Shown: one piece after another, positions 1-13,325 of the stretch
Position numbering within the stretch: position 1 is the first letter of the stretch
How the letters are laid out: each line of letters opens with the position of its first letter
Translations under genes and position numbers: made by a program
Assembly: GCA_965232515.1 (NCBI GenBank)
Contig: CBDDPY010000002.1
Location: forward strand, 672,001 to 736,000
Length of the DNA stretch: 64,000 bases
Origin: Alphaproteobacteria bacterium
Lineage (GTDB): Bacteria; Pseudomonadota; Alphaproteobacteria; GCA-2731375
Direction: 5' to 3'
Notes under the pieces: model-generated
Databases searched by the model: none
Told to the model about the DNA's origin: nothing
Seen by the model: the letters and a program-made list of their open reading frames with translations, nothing else

Positions 1-2
1 AA

Positions 3-434
3 TCAATTATGGACGCCGGAAATCTGGTCGATGACGGTTTGATGATCGCGATCATTTCCGATCGGATCGATCAGCCGGACTGCGCAAACGGCTTCATCCT
101 GGATGGCTTCCCGCGGACCATCCCACAGGCGGAAGGCCTGGACCGCATGCTGGCGGAGAAAAGCCTGAAACTCGACCGCGTGATCGAAATCGAGGTCGAC
201 GATCAGGCCCTGTTCGCCCGGATCGAAGGACGGGCGCAGGAGACGGCGTCGGCCGGCCAGCAGCGGGCCGATGACAACGCGGAGACCCTGAAGAAGCGGC
301 TCGCGGTCTATCATGAGCAGACGGCGCCGGTTCTTCCGTATTACGAAAACAAGGGCATGCTGAAGAAGGTCGATGGCATGTCCGACATCGAGGAGGTGTC
401 GCGGCAGATCGAAGCGATTCTGCAGGCGGTGTAA
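3..434 (+). CDS. adk: Adenylate kinase, 5'-truncated by window edge (short-LID type)
   Basis: [10 protein letters not shown] motif, RADDN..LKKRL..YHEQTAP; directly upstream of rpsM as in alphaproteobacterial spc-alpha operons. Confidence 0.97.
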   Translation, partial: SIMDAGNLVDDGLMIAIISDRIDQPDCANGFILDGFPRTIPQAEGLDRMLAEKSLKLDRVIEIEVDDQALFARIEGRAQETASAGQQRADDNAETLKKRLAVYHEQTAPVLPYYENKGMLKKVDGMSDIEEVSRQIEAILQAV

Positions 435-438
435 TCTA

Positions 439-467
439 TTGACTTATTTGGCGGATTTCTATAAACG
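439..467 (+). promoter_or_regulatory. Putative sigma70 promoter for rpsM
   Basis: TTGACT at 439-444 followed by AT-rich CTATAAAC at 459-466; spacing not ideal. Confidence 0.45.
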
Positions 468-533
468 GCAGCGGTCCCATACACTGCAATTCGACGTCTC
501 GCCAGAGGTCTTGCAAGAGCGAGGATTTGACAC

Positions 534-902
534 GTGGCGCGCATAGCCGGCGTAAATATTCCTACAAACAAGCGTGTGGAAATCGCGCTGACCTACATCC
601 ATGGCATCGGCCGGACCAAGGCGAAGGACATTTGCCAGGTCGTTGGCATCCCTGCGGAACGGCGGGTGAACGAGCTGACGGACCAAGAGGTCATTCAGGT
701 ACGTGAGGTCATCGACCGCGATTATCTGGTGGAGGGCGACCTGCGGCGCGATGTTGCGATGAACATCAAGCGGTTAATGGATCTCGGCTGCTACCGGGGC
801 CTGCGGCATCGCAAGGGATTGCCGGTGAACGGTCAGCGCACGCATACCAATGCCCGCACCAGGAAGGGCCCGGCGCGCCCGATCGCCGGCAAGAAGAAGT
901 AA
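534..902 (+). CDS. rpsM: 30S ribosomal protein S13
   Basis: [47 protein letters not shown]. Confidence 0.99.
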   Translation: MARIAGVNIPTNKRVEIALTYIHGIGRTKAKDICQVVGIPAERRVNELTDQEVIQVREVIDRDYLVEGDLRRDVAMNIKRLMDLGCYRGLRHRKGLPVNGQRTHTNARTRKGPARPIAGKKK

Positions 903-911
903 GGAATCGCA

Positions 912-1304
912 ATGGCTGTCAGGGAACGCGGTCGCGTCCGCAAGCGCGAACGGAAAAACATTACCTCGGGCATCGCCCACGTCAACGCGACCTTCAACAA
1001 CACGATGGTCACGATCACCGACGTGCAGGGCAACGTTATTTCTTGGTCGACTGCCGGCGCCCAGGGTTTCAAGGGATCGCGGAAGTCGACGCCGTATGCG
1101 GCGCAGATGGCGGCCGAGAATGCCGGTCAGAAGGCCATGGAACACGGCATGAAGACGCTTGAAGTGCTGGTTAAGGGACCCGGATCGGGGCGAGAGTCCG
1201 CCTTACGGTCGTTGCAGGCCTGTGGCTTTACGATCACCTCGATCAAGGATGTGACGGCCATTCCGCACAACGGTTGCCGTCCGCCGAAACGCCGTCGCGT
1301 CTAG
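912..1304 (+). CDS. rpsK: 30S ribosomal protein S11
   Basis: [38 protein letters not shown]. Confidence 0.99.
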   Translation: MAVRERGRVRKRERKNITSGIAHVNATFNNTMVTITDVQGNVISWSTAGAQGFKGSRKSTPYAAQMAAENAGQKAMEHGMKTLEVLVKGPGSGRESALRSLQACGFTITSIKDVTAIPHNGCRPPKRRRV

Positions 1305-1406
1305 GATTTGTATCCGAATTGGCGGCGCAGCCCGATGTCGTAACCGGGCCGCGCGCCGCATTACACGTCACGGCCAAACAAGCCGGGAACGCAAGAGGTT
1401 AGAAGC

Positions 1407-2423
1407 GTGATCCAGAAGAACTGGCAAGAGCTGATCAAACCCAACAAGCTGAACGTTGAGGCGGGCCACGATCCCAAGCGGTCCGCGACCATCGTCGCTG
1501 AGCCGCTTGAGCGCGGCTTCGGCCTGACGTTGGGCAACGCCCTGCGCCGTGTGCTGCTGTCGTCATTGCACGGCGCCGCCGTTACCTCGGTGCAGATCGA
1601 CGGCGTTTTGCACGAGTTTTCGTCGATTCCGGGTGTGCGCGAGGACGTCACCGACATTGTATTGAACATCAAGGCGCTGGCCGTGAAGCTGCATGCCGAA
1701 GGCCCGAAGCGCATGACGCTCCGAGCCGAAGGCCCGGGCGAAGTGACCGCGGCGCAGATCGAGACCGGCGCCGATATCGAGATCATGAACCCTGGTCTTG
1801 GCATCTGCCATCTCGATCAGGGCGCGAAAATCGTCATGGAGCTGACGGTCGAGGCCGGCAAAGGCTATGTGCCCGCCGACCGCAATCGTATCGAGGATGC
1901 GCCGATCGGCCTCATTCCGGTCGACGCCGTCTTCAGCCCGGTGCTCAAGGTCGCCTACAAGGTCGAGAACACCCGTGAAGGTCAGATCCTTGACTACGAC
2001 AAGCTGACCATGGACTTGGTGACCGACGGCACCGTGTCGCCCGACGACGCCGTCGCCTATGCCGCACGGATCCTGCAGGATCAACTGCAGCTCTTCATCA
2101 ACTTCGAAGAGCCGCGCGAGGAAGTGGCGCAGGTCGAGCCGGAGTCGCCGAAGTTCAATCGCAATCTGTTGCGAAAGGTTGACGAGCTGGAGTTGTCGGT
2201 CCGGTCGGCCAACTGTCTGAAGAACGACAACATCATCTACATCGGCGATCTGGTGCAGAAGACCGAGGCGGAAATGCTCCGCACGCCGAACTTCGGCCGT
2301 AAGTCGTTGAATGAGATCAAAGAGGTGCTGACCCAGATGGGCCTGCATCTCGGCCTCGAGGTGCCGGATTGGCCGCCGGACAACATCGAGGAAATGGCCA
2401 AGCAGTACGACAACGAGTTTTAG
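1407..2423 (+). CDS. rpoA: RNA polymerase alpha subunit
   Basis: [37 protein letters not shown], alpha-[27 protein letters not shown]. Confidence 0.99.
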   Translation: MIQKNWQELIKPNKLNVEAGHDPKRSATIVAEPLERGFGLTLGNALRRVLLSSLHGAAVTSVQIDGVLHEFSSIPGVREDVTDIVLNIKALAVKLHAEGPKRMTLRAEGPGEVTAAQIETGADIEIMNPGLGICHLDQGAKIVMELTVEAGKGYVPADRNRIEDAPIGLIPVDAVFSPVLKVAYKVENTREGQILDYDKLTMDLVTDGTVSPDDAVAYAARILQDQLQLFINFEEPREEVAQVEPESPKFNRNLLRKVDELELSVRSANCLKNDNIIYIGDLVQKTEAEMLRTPNFGRKSLNEIKEVLTQMGLHLGLEVPDWPPDNIEEMAKQYDNEF

Positions 2424-2480
2424 GTAGCTGACGGTCGCCTTTGGTCGGCGACCGTTGTGGATGTAACAAGGAACACTGCC

Positions 2481-2909
2481 ATGCGGCACCGTAATCGCGG
2501 ACGCAAGCTGGGACGGGATAGCGCACATCGCCAGGCGATGTTTGCGAACCTGGCCTGCGCTCTGATCAAGCACGAACAAATCAAGACGACCTTGCCGAAG
2601 GCCAAGGACCTGCGGCCGATTGTCGAAAAGCTGATTACGCTTGGCAAGCGAGGCGGGCTGCATGCCCGGCGGCAGGCATTGGCGCGGCTGCCCGAAAAGG
2701 CCATGGTGGACAAGCTGTTCGCCGAACTGGCTGAACGCTATGCGGATCGCCCCGGTGGTTATACGCGCGTCCTGAAGGCGGGCTTCCGCTATGGCGATGC
2801 GGCGCCGATGGCGATCATCGAGCTGATCGATCGGGATCCCGACGCCAAGGGCCAGGATTCCGGTCCGGTGCCGGTCGACGAGGACGAAGAGGTCGAGGCC
2901 GCGGCCTGA
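2481..2909 (+). CDS. rplQ: 50S ribosomal protein L17
   Basis: [30 protein letters not shown]; start taken at ATG 2481. Confidence 0.99.
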   Translation: MRHRNRGRKLGRDSAHRQAMFANLACALIKHEQIKTTLPKAKDLRPIVEKLITLGKRGGLHARRQALARLPEKAMVDKLFAELAERYADRPGGYTRVLKAGFRYGDAAPMAIIELIDRDPDAKGQDSGPVPVDEDEEVEAAA

Positions 2910-2937
2910 CGGGGCCCGGCATCGACCGAGACCATCG

Positions 2938-2967
2938 AGGGCAGCCGTCGTGCTGCCCTTTGTTTTT
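2938..2967 (+). terminator. Rho-independent terminator of the ribosomal operon
   Basis: AGGGCAGC-cgtcgt-GCTGCCCT stem-loop followed by TTGTTTTT. Confidence 0.85.
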
Positions 2968-3054
2968 CTCAAACGCCGGGCGACAGGCATCGGCGTTTCC
3001 GGGTTACGATCCTGTCGGTCGGCCTCTATATCTGGACTTTCCAGCGGGCGAAGA

Positions 3055-4481
<1,427 letters not shown>

Positions 4482-4485
<4 letters not shown>

Positions 4486-5798
4486 GCAGCCTGTTCGAGG
4501 CGGCTGGACTGGACACCGGGCCGGCGCCGCCTTTGGCGGACCGCCTGCGGCCGCAGACTCTGGACGACGTTATCGGCCAGGCGCATCTGCTGGCGGGCGA
4601 GGGGCCGATCGCGCGCATGTTGGCATCCGGGCGTTTGGCGTCGCTTATTCTCTGGGGCCCACCCGGCAGCGGCAAGACCACCATAGCGCGCCTGCTGGCG
4701 CAGCAGGTGGGGTTGCACTTCGAACAGCTTTCCGCCGTGTTCTCCGGCGTTGCCGATCTCCGCAAGGCCTTCGAGGCTGCAGCGGCCCGTCGCCGCGACG
4801 GTCTTGGCACGCTGTTGTTCGTCGACGAGATCCATCGCTTCAACCGGGCACAGCAAGACGGATTTCTGCCTTATGTCGAAGACGGCACCATCGTCCTTGT
4901 CGGCGCCACGACAGAGAATCCATCATTCGAGCTCAACGCCGCCCTGTTGTCGCGGGCCCAGGTGCTGGTGCTGAACCGCCTCGATGACGAAGCGCTGGAG
5001 CAGCTCCTAGAACGGGCAGAGACGGCCGAAGAACGCCCCCTGCCGTTGGACACCGATGCCCGGGCAGCGCTGCGGGCGATGGCCGACGGCGATGGCCGGT
5101 TTCTGCTGAACCTGGCCGAGGAGCTGTTGGCGTTGCCGGCCGATAAAGCATTGGACACGGCGGCACTGACCCGCACGGTGCAACGCCGGGCACCGGTCTA
5201 TGACAAGGCCCAGGAGGGGCACTTCAACCTGATCAGCGCGCTGCACAAATCGTTGCGCGGTTCGGATGCCGATGCCGGTCTCTACTGGCTCGCCCGGATG
5301 CTGTCGGCCGGTGAGGATCCGCTCTACATCGTTCGCAGGCTCGTTCGCTTTGCGGTCGAAGATATCGGTCTGGCCGATCCGGATGCCGTGCAGCAGGCGT
5401 TGGCGGCCAAGCAGGCCTATGACTTCCTGGGTTCGCCCGAGGGCGAGCTGGCGATCGCGCAGGCCGTGCTGTATCTGGCCACGGCGCCGAAGTCGAACGC
5501 TGCCTATCGCGCGCTGGCTTCGGCGAACCGGGCGGCGAAGGAGACCGGCTCGCTGATGCCGCCCAAGCACATCCTCAATGCCCCGACCCGATTGATGAAG
5601 GATCTCGGCTACGCCAAGGGCTACGAGTACGACCACGACGCCGACGAGGCATTCTCCGGCCAGAACTATTTTCCCGAGGAGATGGAGCGACTGCGCTTCT
5701 ACAGTCCGACGGAGCGCGGTTTCGAGCGCGAGATCGCCAAGCGCCTGGCCTATTGGCGCAAGCTGCGGGAGCGGCGGACAGGACCAGCGGACTCGTGA
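4482..5798 (+). CDS. rarA: Replication-associated recombination AAA+ ATPase RarA/MgsA
   Basis: PLADRLRP, WGPPGSGKTT, FVDEIHRFNRAQQD, GATTENPSF, ISALHKSLRGSD. Confidence 0.97.
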
Positions 5799-6175
5799 AC
5801 CTGCTGCTGGCGATTGCCGCGGGCGGCGCGATCGGCGCCCTGGGCCGGCATTTCGTTTCGTCGCAGCTCACGCATTGGCTCGGCGGCGGTTTTCCGTGGG
5901 GCATCCTGATCTGCAATGTGGTCGGGTCGTTCGCAATGGGCTGTCTGGTCGAGGTGATGGCCTTGAAATGGTCCGTCGGCGTCGAATTCCGCGCCTTCAT
6001 GACCGTGGGCATTCTCGGCGCCTTCACCACGTTTTCGACCTTTTCGCTGGACACCGTGCTGTTGCTCGAGCGGGGCGCCTACGTCTCCGCGATGGTCTAC
6101 GTCGTGACATCGGTGGCGCTGTCGGTCGGCGGGCTGGTCGCCGGCATGGCCCTGTTCCGCCAGGTGTTGGCGTGA
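5795..6175 (+). CDS. crcB: Fluoride efflux channel Fluc/CrcB
   Basis: GGAIGALGR, FPWGILICNVVGSF, GILGAFTTFSTF; GTGA overlap with rarA stop. Confidence 0.95.
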   Translation: MNLLLAIAAGGAIGALGRHFVSSQLTHWLGGGFPWGILICNVVGSFAMGCLVEVMALKWSVGVEFRAFMTVGILGAFTTFSTFSLDTVLLLERGAYVSAMVYVVTSVALSVGGLVAGMALFRQVLA

Positions 6176-7155
6176 GCGGTGTACAGACAGTCGAAGTCTC
6201 GGCCGACGACGATGGCCTGCGGCTTGACCGTTGGTTTCGCCGCCATTTTCCCGGTCTGAGCCACGGTCGGCTCGAACGGCTGTTGCGAAAGGGGGAAGTT
6301 CGTGTCGACGGCCGGCGGAGCAAATCCGGCGCCCGCATCGCGGTCGGTCAGCGGATCCGGGTTCCGCCTTTGGCGGACGCCGAGCAACCGCGAAAGGCTC
6401 GTCCCGCACCTGCCAGAGACGAGGACACGGCTTGGCTGTCGGATGCCATTCTGCATATGGACGACCGGCTGATCGTCATCAATAAGCCGGCCGGCCTGGC
6501 CGTGCAGGGTGGTACGGGCACGCACCGGCATCTCGACGCCATGCTGGATGCGCTTCGGTTCAAGGCGGCCGAACGCCCCCGCCTGGTTCATCGGCTCGAC
6601 AAAGATACCAGTGGGGTTCTGATCCTTGGCCGCACGGCGGCCGCGGCGGCCAGCCTGACGCGCGCCTTTCGTGAACGTTCGACCCGCAAGCTGTACTGGG
6701 CACTGGTCGCCGGCGTGCCGCAGCCGCCACGAGGGCAGATCAAGCTGCGCTTGGCCAAACGGCCCGGCGCCGTTGGCGAACGGGTCCAGGCCCACCCGAC
6801 GGAAGGCAAGCCCGCGATCACCGACTACGCCGTTATCGACAAGGCCGGCCGCAGTGCCGCCTGGCTGGGGCTACGGCCGGTGACGGGCAGGACCCATCAG
6901 TTGCGGGCCCATTGCGCGGCCATCGGCACACCGATCCTGGGCGATGGCAAATATGGCCGCCGGGACCAGTTCGCGGGCGGCCTTGGAGCGGTACGCCGGC
7001 TGCAATTGCACGCGCGATCGATTGAGCTGCCCGTCGGCGGGAGCAAAACGATGTGGATCGAGGCACCGGTGCCCAAGCATATGACCGACTGCATGCGCGA
7101 CCTCGGTTTCGATCCGGCGACCGCGGACGACCCATTCGCCGAGGATGACGAATAG
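6172..7155 (+). CDS. RluA/RluC family RNA pseudouridine synthase with S4 domain
   Basis: RLDRWFRR S4 region, NKPAGLAVQGG, HRLDKDTSG catalytic motif, TGRTHQLRAH; GTGA overlap with crcB. Confidence 0.95.
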   Translation: MSGVQTVEVSADDDGLRLDRWFRRHFPGLSHGRLERLLRKGEVRVDGRRSKSGARIAVGQRIRVPPLADAEQPRKARPAPARDEDTAWLSDAILHMDDRLIVINKPAGLAVQGGTGTHRHLDAMLDALRFKAAERPRLVHRLDKDTSGVLILGRTAAAAASLTRAFRERSTRKLYWALVAGVPQPPRGQIKLRLAKRPGAVGERVQAHPTEGKPAITDYAVIDKAGRSAAWLGLRPVTGRTHQLRAHCAAIGTPILGDGKYGRRDQFAGGLGAVRRLQLHARSIELPVGGSKTMWIEAPVPKHMTDCMRDLGFDPATADDPFAEDDE

Positions 7156-7211
7156 GCGGCCGAGCGCAGCCAAGCTAAACTGAATGCCCATCATGATCGG
7201 GGAGGTCAGAC

Positions 7212-8099
7212 ATGCCATATGCCGAGGCTGAACGCGCCAAGCTCTATTACGAGGAAACGGGCGAGGGCTATCCGATCGTGTTCGTGCACGAGTTTGCCGG
7301 CGACCTGCGGAGCTGGGAGCCCCAGGTTCGCTATTTCTCGCGGCGCTATCGCTGCATCACCTACAACGCCCGTGGTTATCCGCCGTCGGACGTGCCGTCG
7401 GACGTGGCGCACTACAGCCAGGACATCGCCACCGACGATATCGCCGCGGTCATGCGCGCCGCCGAGGTCGAGAAGGCGCATGTCGTCGGCTTGAGCATGG
7501 GCGGTTTCGCCAGCCTGCATTTCGGCATTCGGTATCCGGAGCTGGCGAGCGCGTTGGTGGTTGCGGGCTGTGGATACGGTGCGCCGAAGGAGGGGCAGGC
7601 GCAGTTCAAGGAGGAGGCGCACGCGCTCGCCGAGCGTTTCGCCGCAAACGATATGGCGACGATATCGGCCGGCTACGCGGCCGGACCGTTTCGCGTTCAG
7701 TATCAAAACAAAGATCGGCGCGGCTGGGAGGAGTTCGCCGCTCAGTTTGCCGAACATGATCTTAACGGCGCCGTCATGACGCTGCGCGGCGTCCAGGCGA
7801 GTCGCCCCTCGATTTATGACCTGGAACCGCAACTGCGAGATATCCAGGTACCGATGCTCATCGTGACCGGCGACGAGGATGAGCCCTGTCTTGACGTCAA
7901 CCTGTTCATGAAGCGCGTTATTCCAAGCGCCGGCCTCTATGTGCTGCCGCGAACCGGCCATACGCTGAACCTGGAGGAGCCCGGCGCATTCAATGCGACG
8001 GTGCAGGAGTTCTTCAGCGCCGTCGAACGCGATCGTTGGGGGCTGCGCGATTCCCGGTCGGTAACCGACACCATCATGCTGGCGAACCAGGACACGTAG
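7212..8099 (+). CDS. Alpha/beta fold hydrolase
   Basis: VFVHEFAG, GLSMGG nucleophile elbow, GDED, GHTLNLE; GGAGG RBS upstream. Confidence 0.9.
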   Translation: MPYAEAERAKLYYEETGEGYPIVFVHEFAGDLRSWEPQVRYFSRRYRCITYNARGYPPSDVPSDVAHYSQDIATDDIAAVMRAAEVEKAHVVGLSMGGFASLHFGIRYPELASALVVAGCGYGAPKEGQAQFKEEAHALAERFAANDMATISAGYAAGPFRVQYQNKDRRGWEEFAAQFAEHDLNGAVMTLRGVQASRPSIYDLEPQLRDIQVPMLIVTGDEDEPCLDVNLFMKRVIPSAGLYVLPRTGHTLNLEEPGAFNATVQEFFSAVERDRWGLRDSRSVTDTIMLANQDT

Positions 8100-8119
8100 G
8101 CCGGCGAAGAGGTCTCTGC

Positions 8120-8809
8120 GTGTCCGCCGCTTTGCCGTTGGTCGTTTTCGATGTCGATGGAACGCTGGTCGACAGTCAGCACACGATCGCGGCGTCGATG
8201 GCGACGGCCTTCGATCTGAACGGCTACCCCAGGCCCGATCTCCGGGACGTCCGGCGTGTGGTCGGCCTGTCGTTGGTCGAGGCCGTGGCCCGGCTGTTGC
8301 CGACCGAGCCGGACTCTCGGCATGCGACCGTCGCCGAGGACTACAAGGCGGCGTTCTTCGAGCTGCGCAACAGGCCCGACCATGACGATCCGTTGTTTCC
8401 GGGCGCCAGAGATGTTGTGTCGCGCCTCGACGCGGCCGGCTACCAACTCGGCATTTGCACGGGCAAATCCAGGCGCGGTCTCGTTGCGGTGCTGACGCAC
8501 CACGGACTGTCGCCCCATTTCGTCACGGCGCAGACGGCCGACCAGCATCCGGGCAAGCCACATCCGGCCATGCTGCGGCAAGCGATGGCCGAGGCGGGCG
8601 CCGAGCCGGCTACCACCGTCCTCGTCGGCGATACCTCGTTCGACATGGCCATGGCGCGCAATGCCGGTGTCGCGCCCGTGGGGGTATCCTGGGGCTATCA
8701 TGAGGTCGCCGAGCTGAAGGAATCGGGCGCGGATGTGGTGATCGATCACTTCGACGACCTGCTGGCCGAGATCGAGGCACTGATCGGGTCGCCCGCCGGC
8801 ACGTCATGA
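8120..8809 (+). CDS. HAD-IA family phosphatase (phosphoglycolate phosphatase-like)
   Basis: FDVDGTLVDS motif I, TGK, KPHP, VGDTSFD; start estimated at GTG 8120. Confidence 0.92.
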   Translation: MSAALPLVVFDVDGTLVDSQHTIAASMATAFDLNGYPRPDLRDVRRVVGLSLVEAVARLLPTEPDSRHATVAEDYKAAFFELRNRPDHDDPLFPGARDVVSRLDAAGYQLGICTGKSRRGLVAVLTHHGLSPHFVTAQTADQHPGKPHPAMLRQAMAEAGAEPATTVLVGDTSFDMAMARNAGVAPVGVSWGYHEVAELKESGADVVIDHFDDLLAEIEALIGSPAGTS

Positions 8810-9501
8810 AGAAGTTCTATAAATCCGCGCGGGCTGTCGCCGATGCCGACGGCTTCCAAATAACGCTCGACGGCCGTACGGCCCGCACGCCGAGAAAGGC
8901 GCTGCTCCGGTTGCCGACCCGCGGGCTGGCCGACGCCATTGCCGACGAATGGCAGGCACAGGACGACAGCATCGATCCGATGAAGATGCCGCTCACCCGG
9001 CTCGCGAATTCCGCTATCGACACCGTCGCGACGCAACGCGAGACCGTCGTTCAGACCGTTTCCACCTACGGCGGCAGCGATTTGGTGTGCTATCGCGCCG
9101 ATACGCCGTCGGATCTGGCCGCGGCTCAGCATGCCCATTGGCAGCCGCTGGTGGCCTGGGTCGAGCGGCGCCATGGGGCCGTCCTGGCCGTGACCGCCGG
9201 GATTACGCATGTCGATCAACCGGCGGCGGCGCTGGCGGCATTGACGGCTGCTGTCGCCGACTTCGACGACTACGCGCTGGCGGCGTTGCACGATCTGACG
9301 ACGATCACCGGGTCCCTGGTGATTGGCCTGGCGGTCGCCGACGGCGAGATCGACATTGGCCGTGCCTGGGAGGCGGCTCAGGTCGACGAGGCGTATCAGG
9401 CGGCGACATGGGGCGAGGATGCCGAGGCGGCGGCGCGGCGGGACCGCCTGAAAGGGGAGCTCGACCAGGCCAAGTTGTTTCTCGATCTGTTGCGAAGCTG
9501 A
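8806..9501 (+). CDS. ATP12 family F1-ATPase assembly chaperone
   Basis: MKKFYK..LDGRTARTP..IADEWQAQ..MPLTRLANSAID..DLVCYRA..WGEDAEA. Confidence 0.93.
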   Translation: MKKFYKSARAVADADGFQITLDGRTARTPRKALLRLPTRGLADAIADEWQAQDDSIDPMKMPLTRLANSAIDTVATQRETVVQTVSTYGGSDLVCYRADTPSDLAAAQHAHWQPLVAWVERRHGAVLAVTAGITHVDQPAAALAALTAAVADFDDYALAALHDLTTITGSLVIGLAVADGEIDIGRAWEAAQVDEAYQAATWGEDAEAAARRDRLKGELDQAKLFLDLLRS

Positions 9502-9623
9502 ACGCCCTTGATCGCTGATCGGCCGGCGCTATGTTGGCGCTGGCAGCCGCCGGATTGGCCCTATCCTGGGAACAAATACAAGCTAGTATCGGAACTTGAA
9601 AAAGGCCCGAACAGGGAGCATGC

Positions 9624-11156
<1,533 letters not shown>

Positions 11157-11167
11157 GAAAACTAACT

Positions 11168-13153
11168 ATGTTCAAGAAAATATTGATAGCAAACCGGGGC
11201 GAGATCGCCTGCCGGGTGATCCGCACGGCGCGGCGCATGGGCATCGGAACCGTCGCCGTCTTTTCCGAGGCCGATGCCGGCGCGCTGCACACGCAAATGG
11301 CCGACGAGGCGGTCGCCATCGGGCCGGCCCCGGCGGCCGAGAGTTACCTGGTCATCGAACGGATTCTGGACGCGATCGCCCGGACGAGCGCCGACGCGGT
11401 GCATCCGGGCTACGGCTTCCTGTCCGAGAACGGCGCCTTCGCCGAGGCGCTGTCGGCGGCCGGCGTCGCCTTTATCGGCCCCGGACCGACGGCCATCGCG
11501 GCCATGGGCGACAAGATCGAATCGAAGAAGCTCGCCCGCGATGCCGGCGTCAACATGGTGCCCGGGCACCTGGCCGCCATTGCGGACGCCGACGAGGCCG
11601 CGGCCGTGGCGGCCGACATCGGCTATCCGGTGATGCTGAAGGCATCCGCCGGCGGTGGCGGCAAGGGCATGCGGATCGCCTACGATGAGGACCAGGCCCG
11701 GGAAGGCTTTGTCTCGGCCGCGAACGAGGCGCGGTCGAGCTTTGCCGACGACAGGGTCTTCGTCGAGAAATTCATCGAGCAGCCGCGCCATATCGAGATC
11801 CAGGTGCTGGCCGACGGGCATGGCAACTGCATCTATCTGGGCGAACGCGAATGCTCGATCCAGCGCCGGCACCAAAAGGTGATCGAGGAGGCGCCAAGCC
11901 CGTTCCTCGATCCGGAGACGCGCCAGGCCATGGGCGAGCAGGCGGTCGCCTTGGCCAAGGCCGTGGAGTATCAGTCGGCCGGCACCGTCGAATTCATCGT
12001 CGATGCCAACAAGAACTTCTATTTCCTTGAAATGAATACCAGGCTTCAGGTCGAGCACCCCGTCACCGAGATGGTGACGGGCGTCGATCTGGTAGAGCAG
12101 ATGATCCGCGTCGCCGCCGGCGAAACGCTGGCGATCACGCAGTCGGATGTGACGTTGAACGGCTGGGCGATCGAGGCGCGGGTTTATGCCGAGGACCCGA
12201 CCCGCAATTTCATGCCCTCGATAGGACGCCTTCGGCGGCTGACGGCGCCCGCTGAAGAGGACGGCGTGCGGGTCGACACGGGCGTGGTCGAGGGCTCGGA
12301 AATCTCGATGTTCTATGACCCGATGATCGCGAAGCTGATCGCGCATGGCGACGACCGCGACATGGCGATCGCACGCATATCAGATGCGCTGGACGGATAT
12401 TACATCCGCGGCATAAGCCACAACGTCAGCTTCCTGAATGCGCTGGTCCGGCATCCACGGTTTCAGGAAGGCCGCCTGACAACGGCGTTTCTCGACGAGG
12501 AGTTCCCCGACGGGTTCGAAAACGCAGCGCTGACGACGGATATTCGTGACGCAATGGGCGCGGCGGCCGTTTTGGTGCATCTGCGACTTGGCGCCCAGGC
12601 GGCCGCGCGTGATCAGGTTTCGACGACGCGTCAATCGTCTGGATCGGTCGATCTGGTGGTGGGAATTGACGATGATCCGCATCGGGTTTCCGCCGAACTG
12701 ACCGACACAGGCCTCAGCTTGAGCATGCCCGATCGATCGATCGATCTGCACAGCGACTGGCGACCCGGTCAGCCGTTGTTACATGGCGAGCTCGGCGGCA
12801 GGGCGGTTACGCTGCAATTGGACATGCAGCCCGATTCTTACCGACTGATTCATGCTGGCGTGACGCTCGACATCGCCGTCCGCACGCCGCGCGCCGCGGA
12901 ACTGGCATTGATGATGCCGAAGAAAGAACCGCCTGATCTGTCGAAGTTCCTGCGCTGTCCGATGCCCGGACTGGTGATTTCCATCGACGCGGAAGTGGGC
13001 GAGAGCGTCAAGGCGGGCCAAGCGCTTGCCGTCGTCGAGGCCATGAAAATGGAGAACGTACTGCGTGCCGAGCAGGACGGAACGATTGCGGCGGTGCACG
13101 TCAGTCAGGGCCAGAGCCTGTCGGTCGACCAGGTCATTCTTGAGTTTGCTTGA
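11168..13153 (+). CDS. pccA: Propionyl-CoA carboxylase alpha (biotin carboxylase + BCCP) subunit
   Basis: KILIANRGEIA, GGGGKGMR, ERECSIQRRHQK, EMNTRLQVEH, EAMKME biotin site; follows pccB. Confidence 0.92.
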   Translation: MFKKILIANRGEIACRVIRTARRMGIGTVAVFSEADAGALHTQMADEAVAIGPAPAAESYLVIERILDAIARTSADAVHPGYGFLSENGAFAEALSAAGVAFIGPGPTAIAAMGDKIESKKLARDAGVNMVPGHLAAIADADEAAAVAADIGYPVMLKASAGGGGKGMRIAYDEDQAREGFVSAANEARSSFADDRVFVEKFIEQPRHIEIQVLADGHGNCIYLGERECSIQRRHQKVIEEAPSPFLDPETRQAMGEQAVALAKAVEYQSAGTVEFIVDANKNFYFLEMNTRLQVEHPVTEMVTGVDLVEQMIRVAAGETLAITQSDVTLNGWAIEARVYAEDPTRNFMPSIGRLRRLTAPAEEDGVRVDTGVVEGSEISMFYDPMIAKLIAHGDDRDMAIARISDALDGYYIRGISHNVSFLNALVRHPRFQEGRLTTAFLDEEFPDGFENAALTTDIRDAMGAAAVLVHLRLGAQAAARDQVSTTRQSSGSVDLVVGIDDDPHRVSAELTDTGLSLSMPDRSIDLHSDWRPGQPLLHGELGGRAVTLQLDMQPDSYRLIHAGVTLDIAVRTPRAAELALMMPKKEPPDLSKFLRCPMPGLVISIDAEVGESVKAGQALAVVEAMKMENVLRAEQDGTIAAVHVSQGQSLSVDQVILEFA

Positions 13154-13325
13154 CTAAGCAGTCAGAAACGTCAATCGTGTTTTAGGCACCGTTCATGGAG
13201 GTCGGACGGTGATACATACGTCGCTGTTGGGGAATATTGGGAAGGCGGTCTCCACGGCAAACTGGAGTTGATCCACAGGTTCCCGGCTGAGGGCAGGTAC
13301 GGGATCCGCGGAGGAGGGGGCTTTC

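Noticed and set aside
534-2909. rpsD missing from the alpha operon
   Set aside because: Normal arrangement in Alphaproteobacteria
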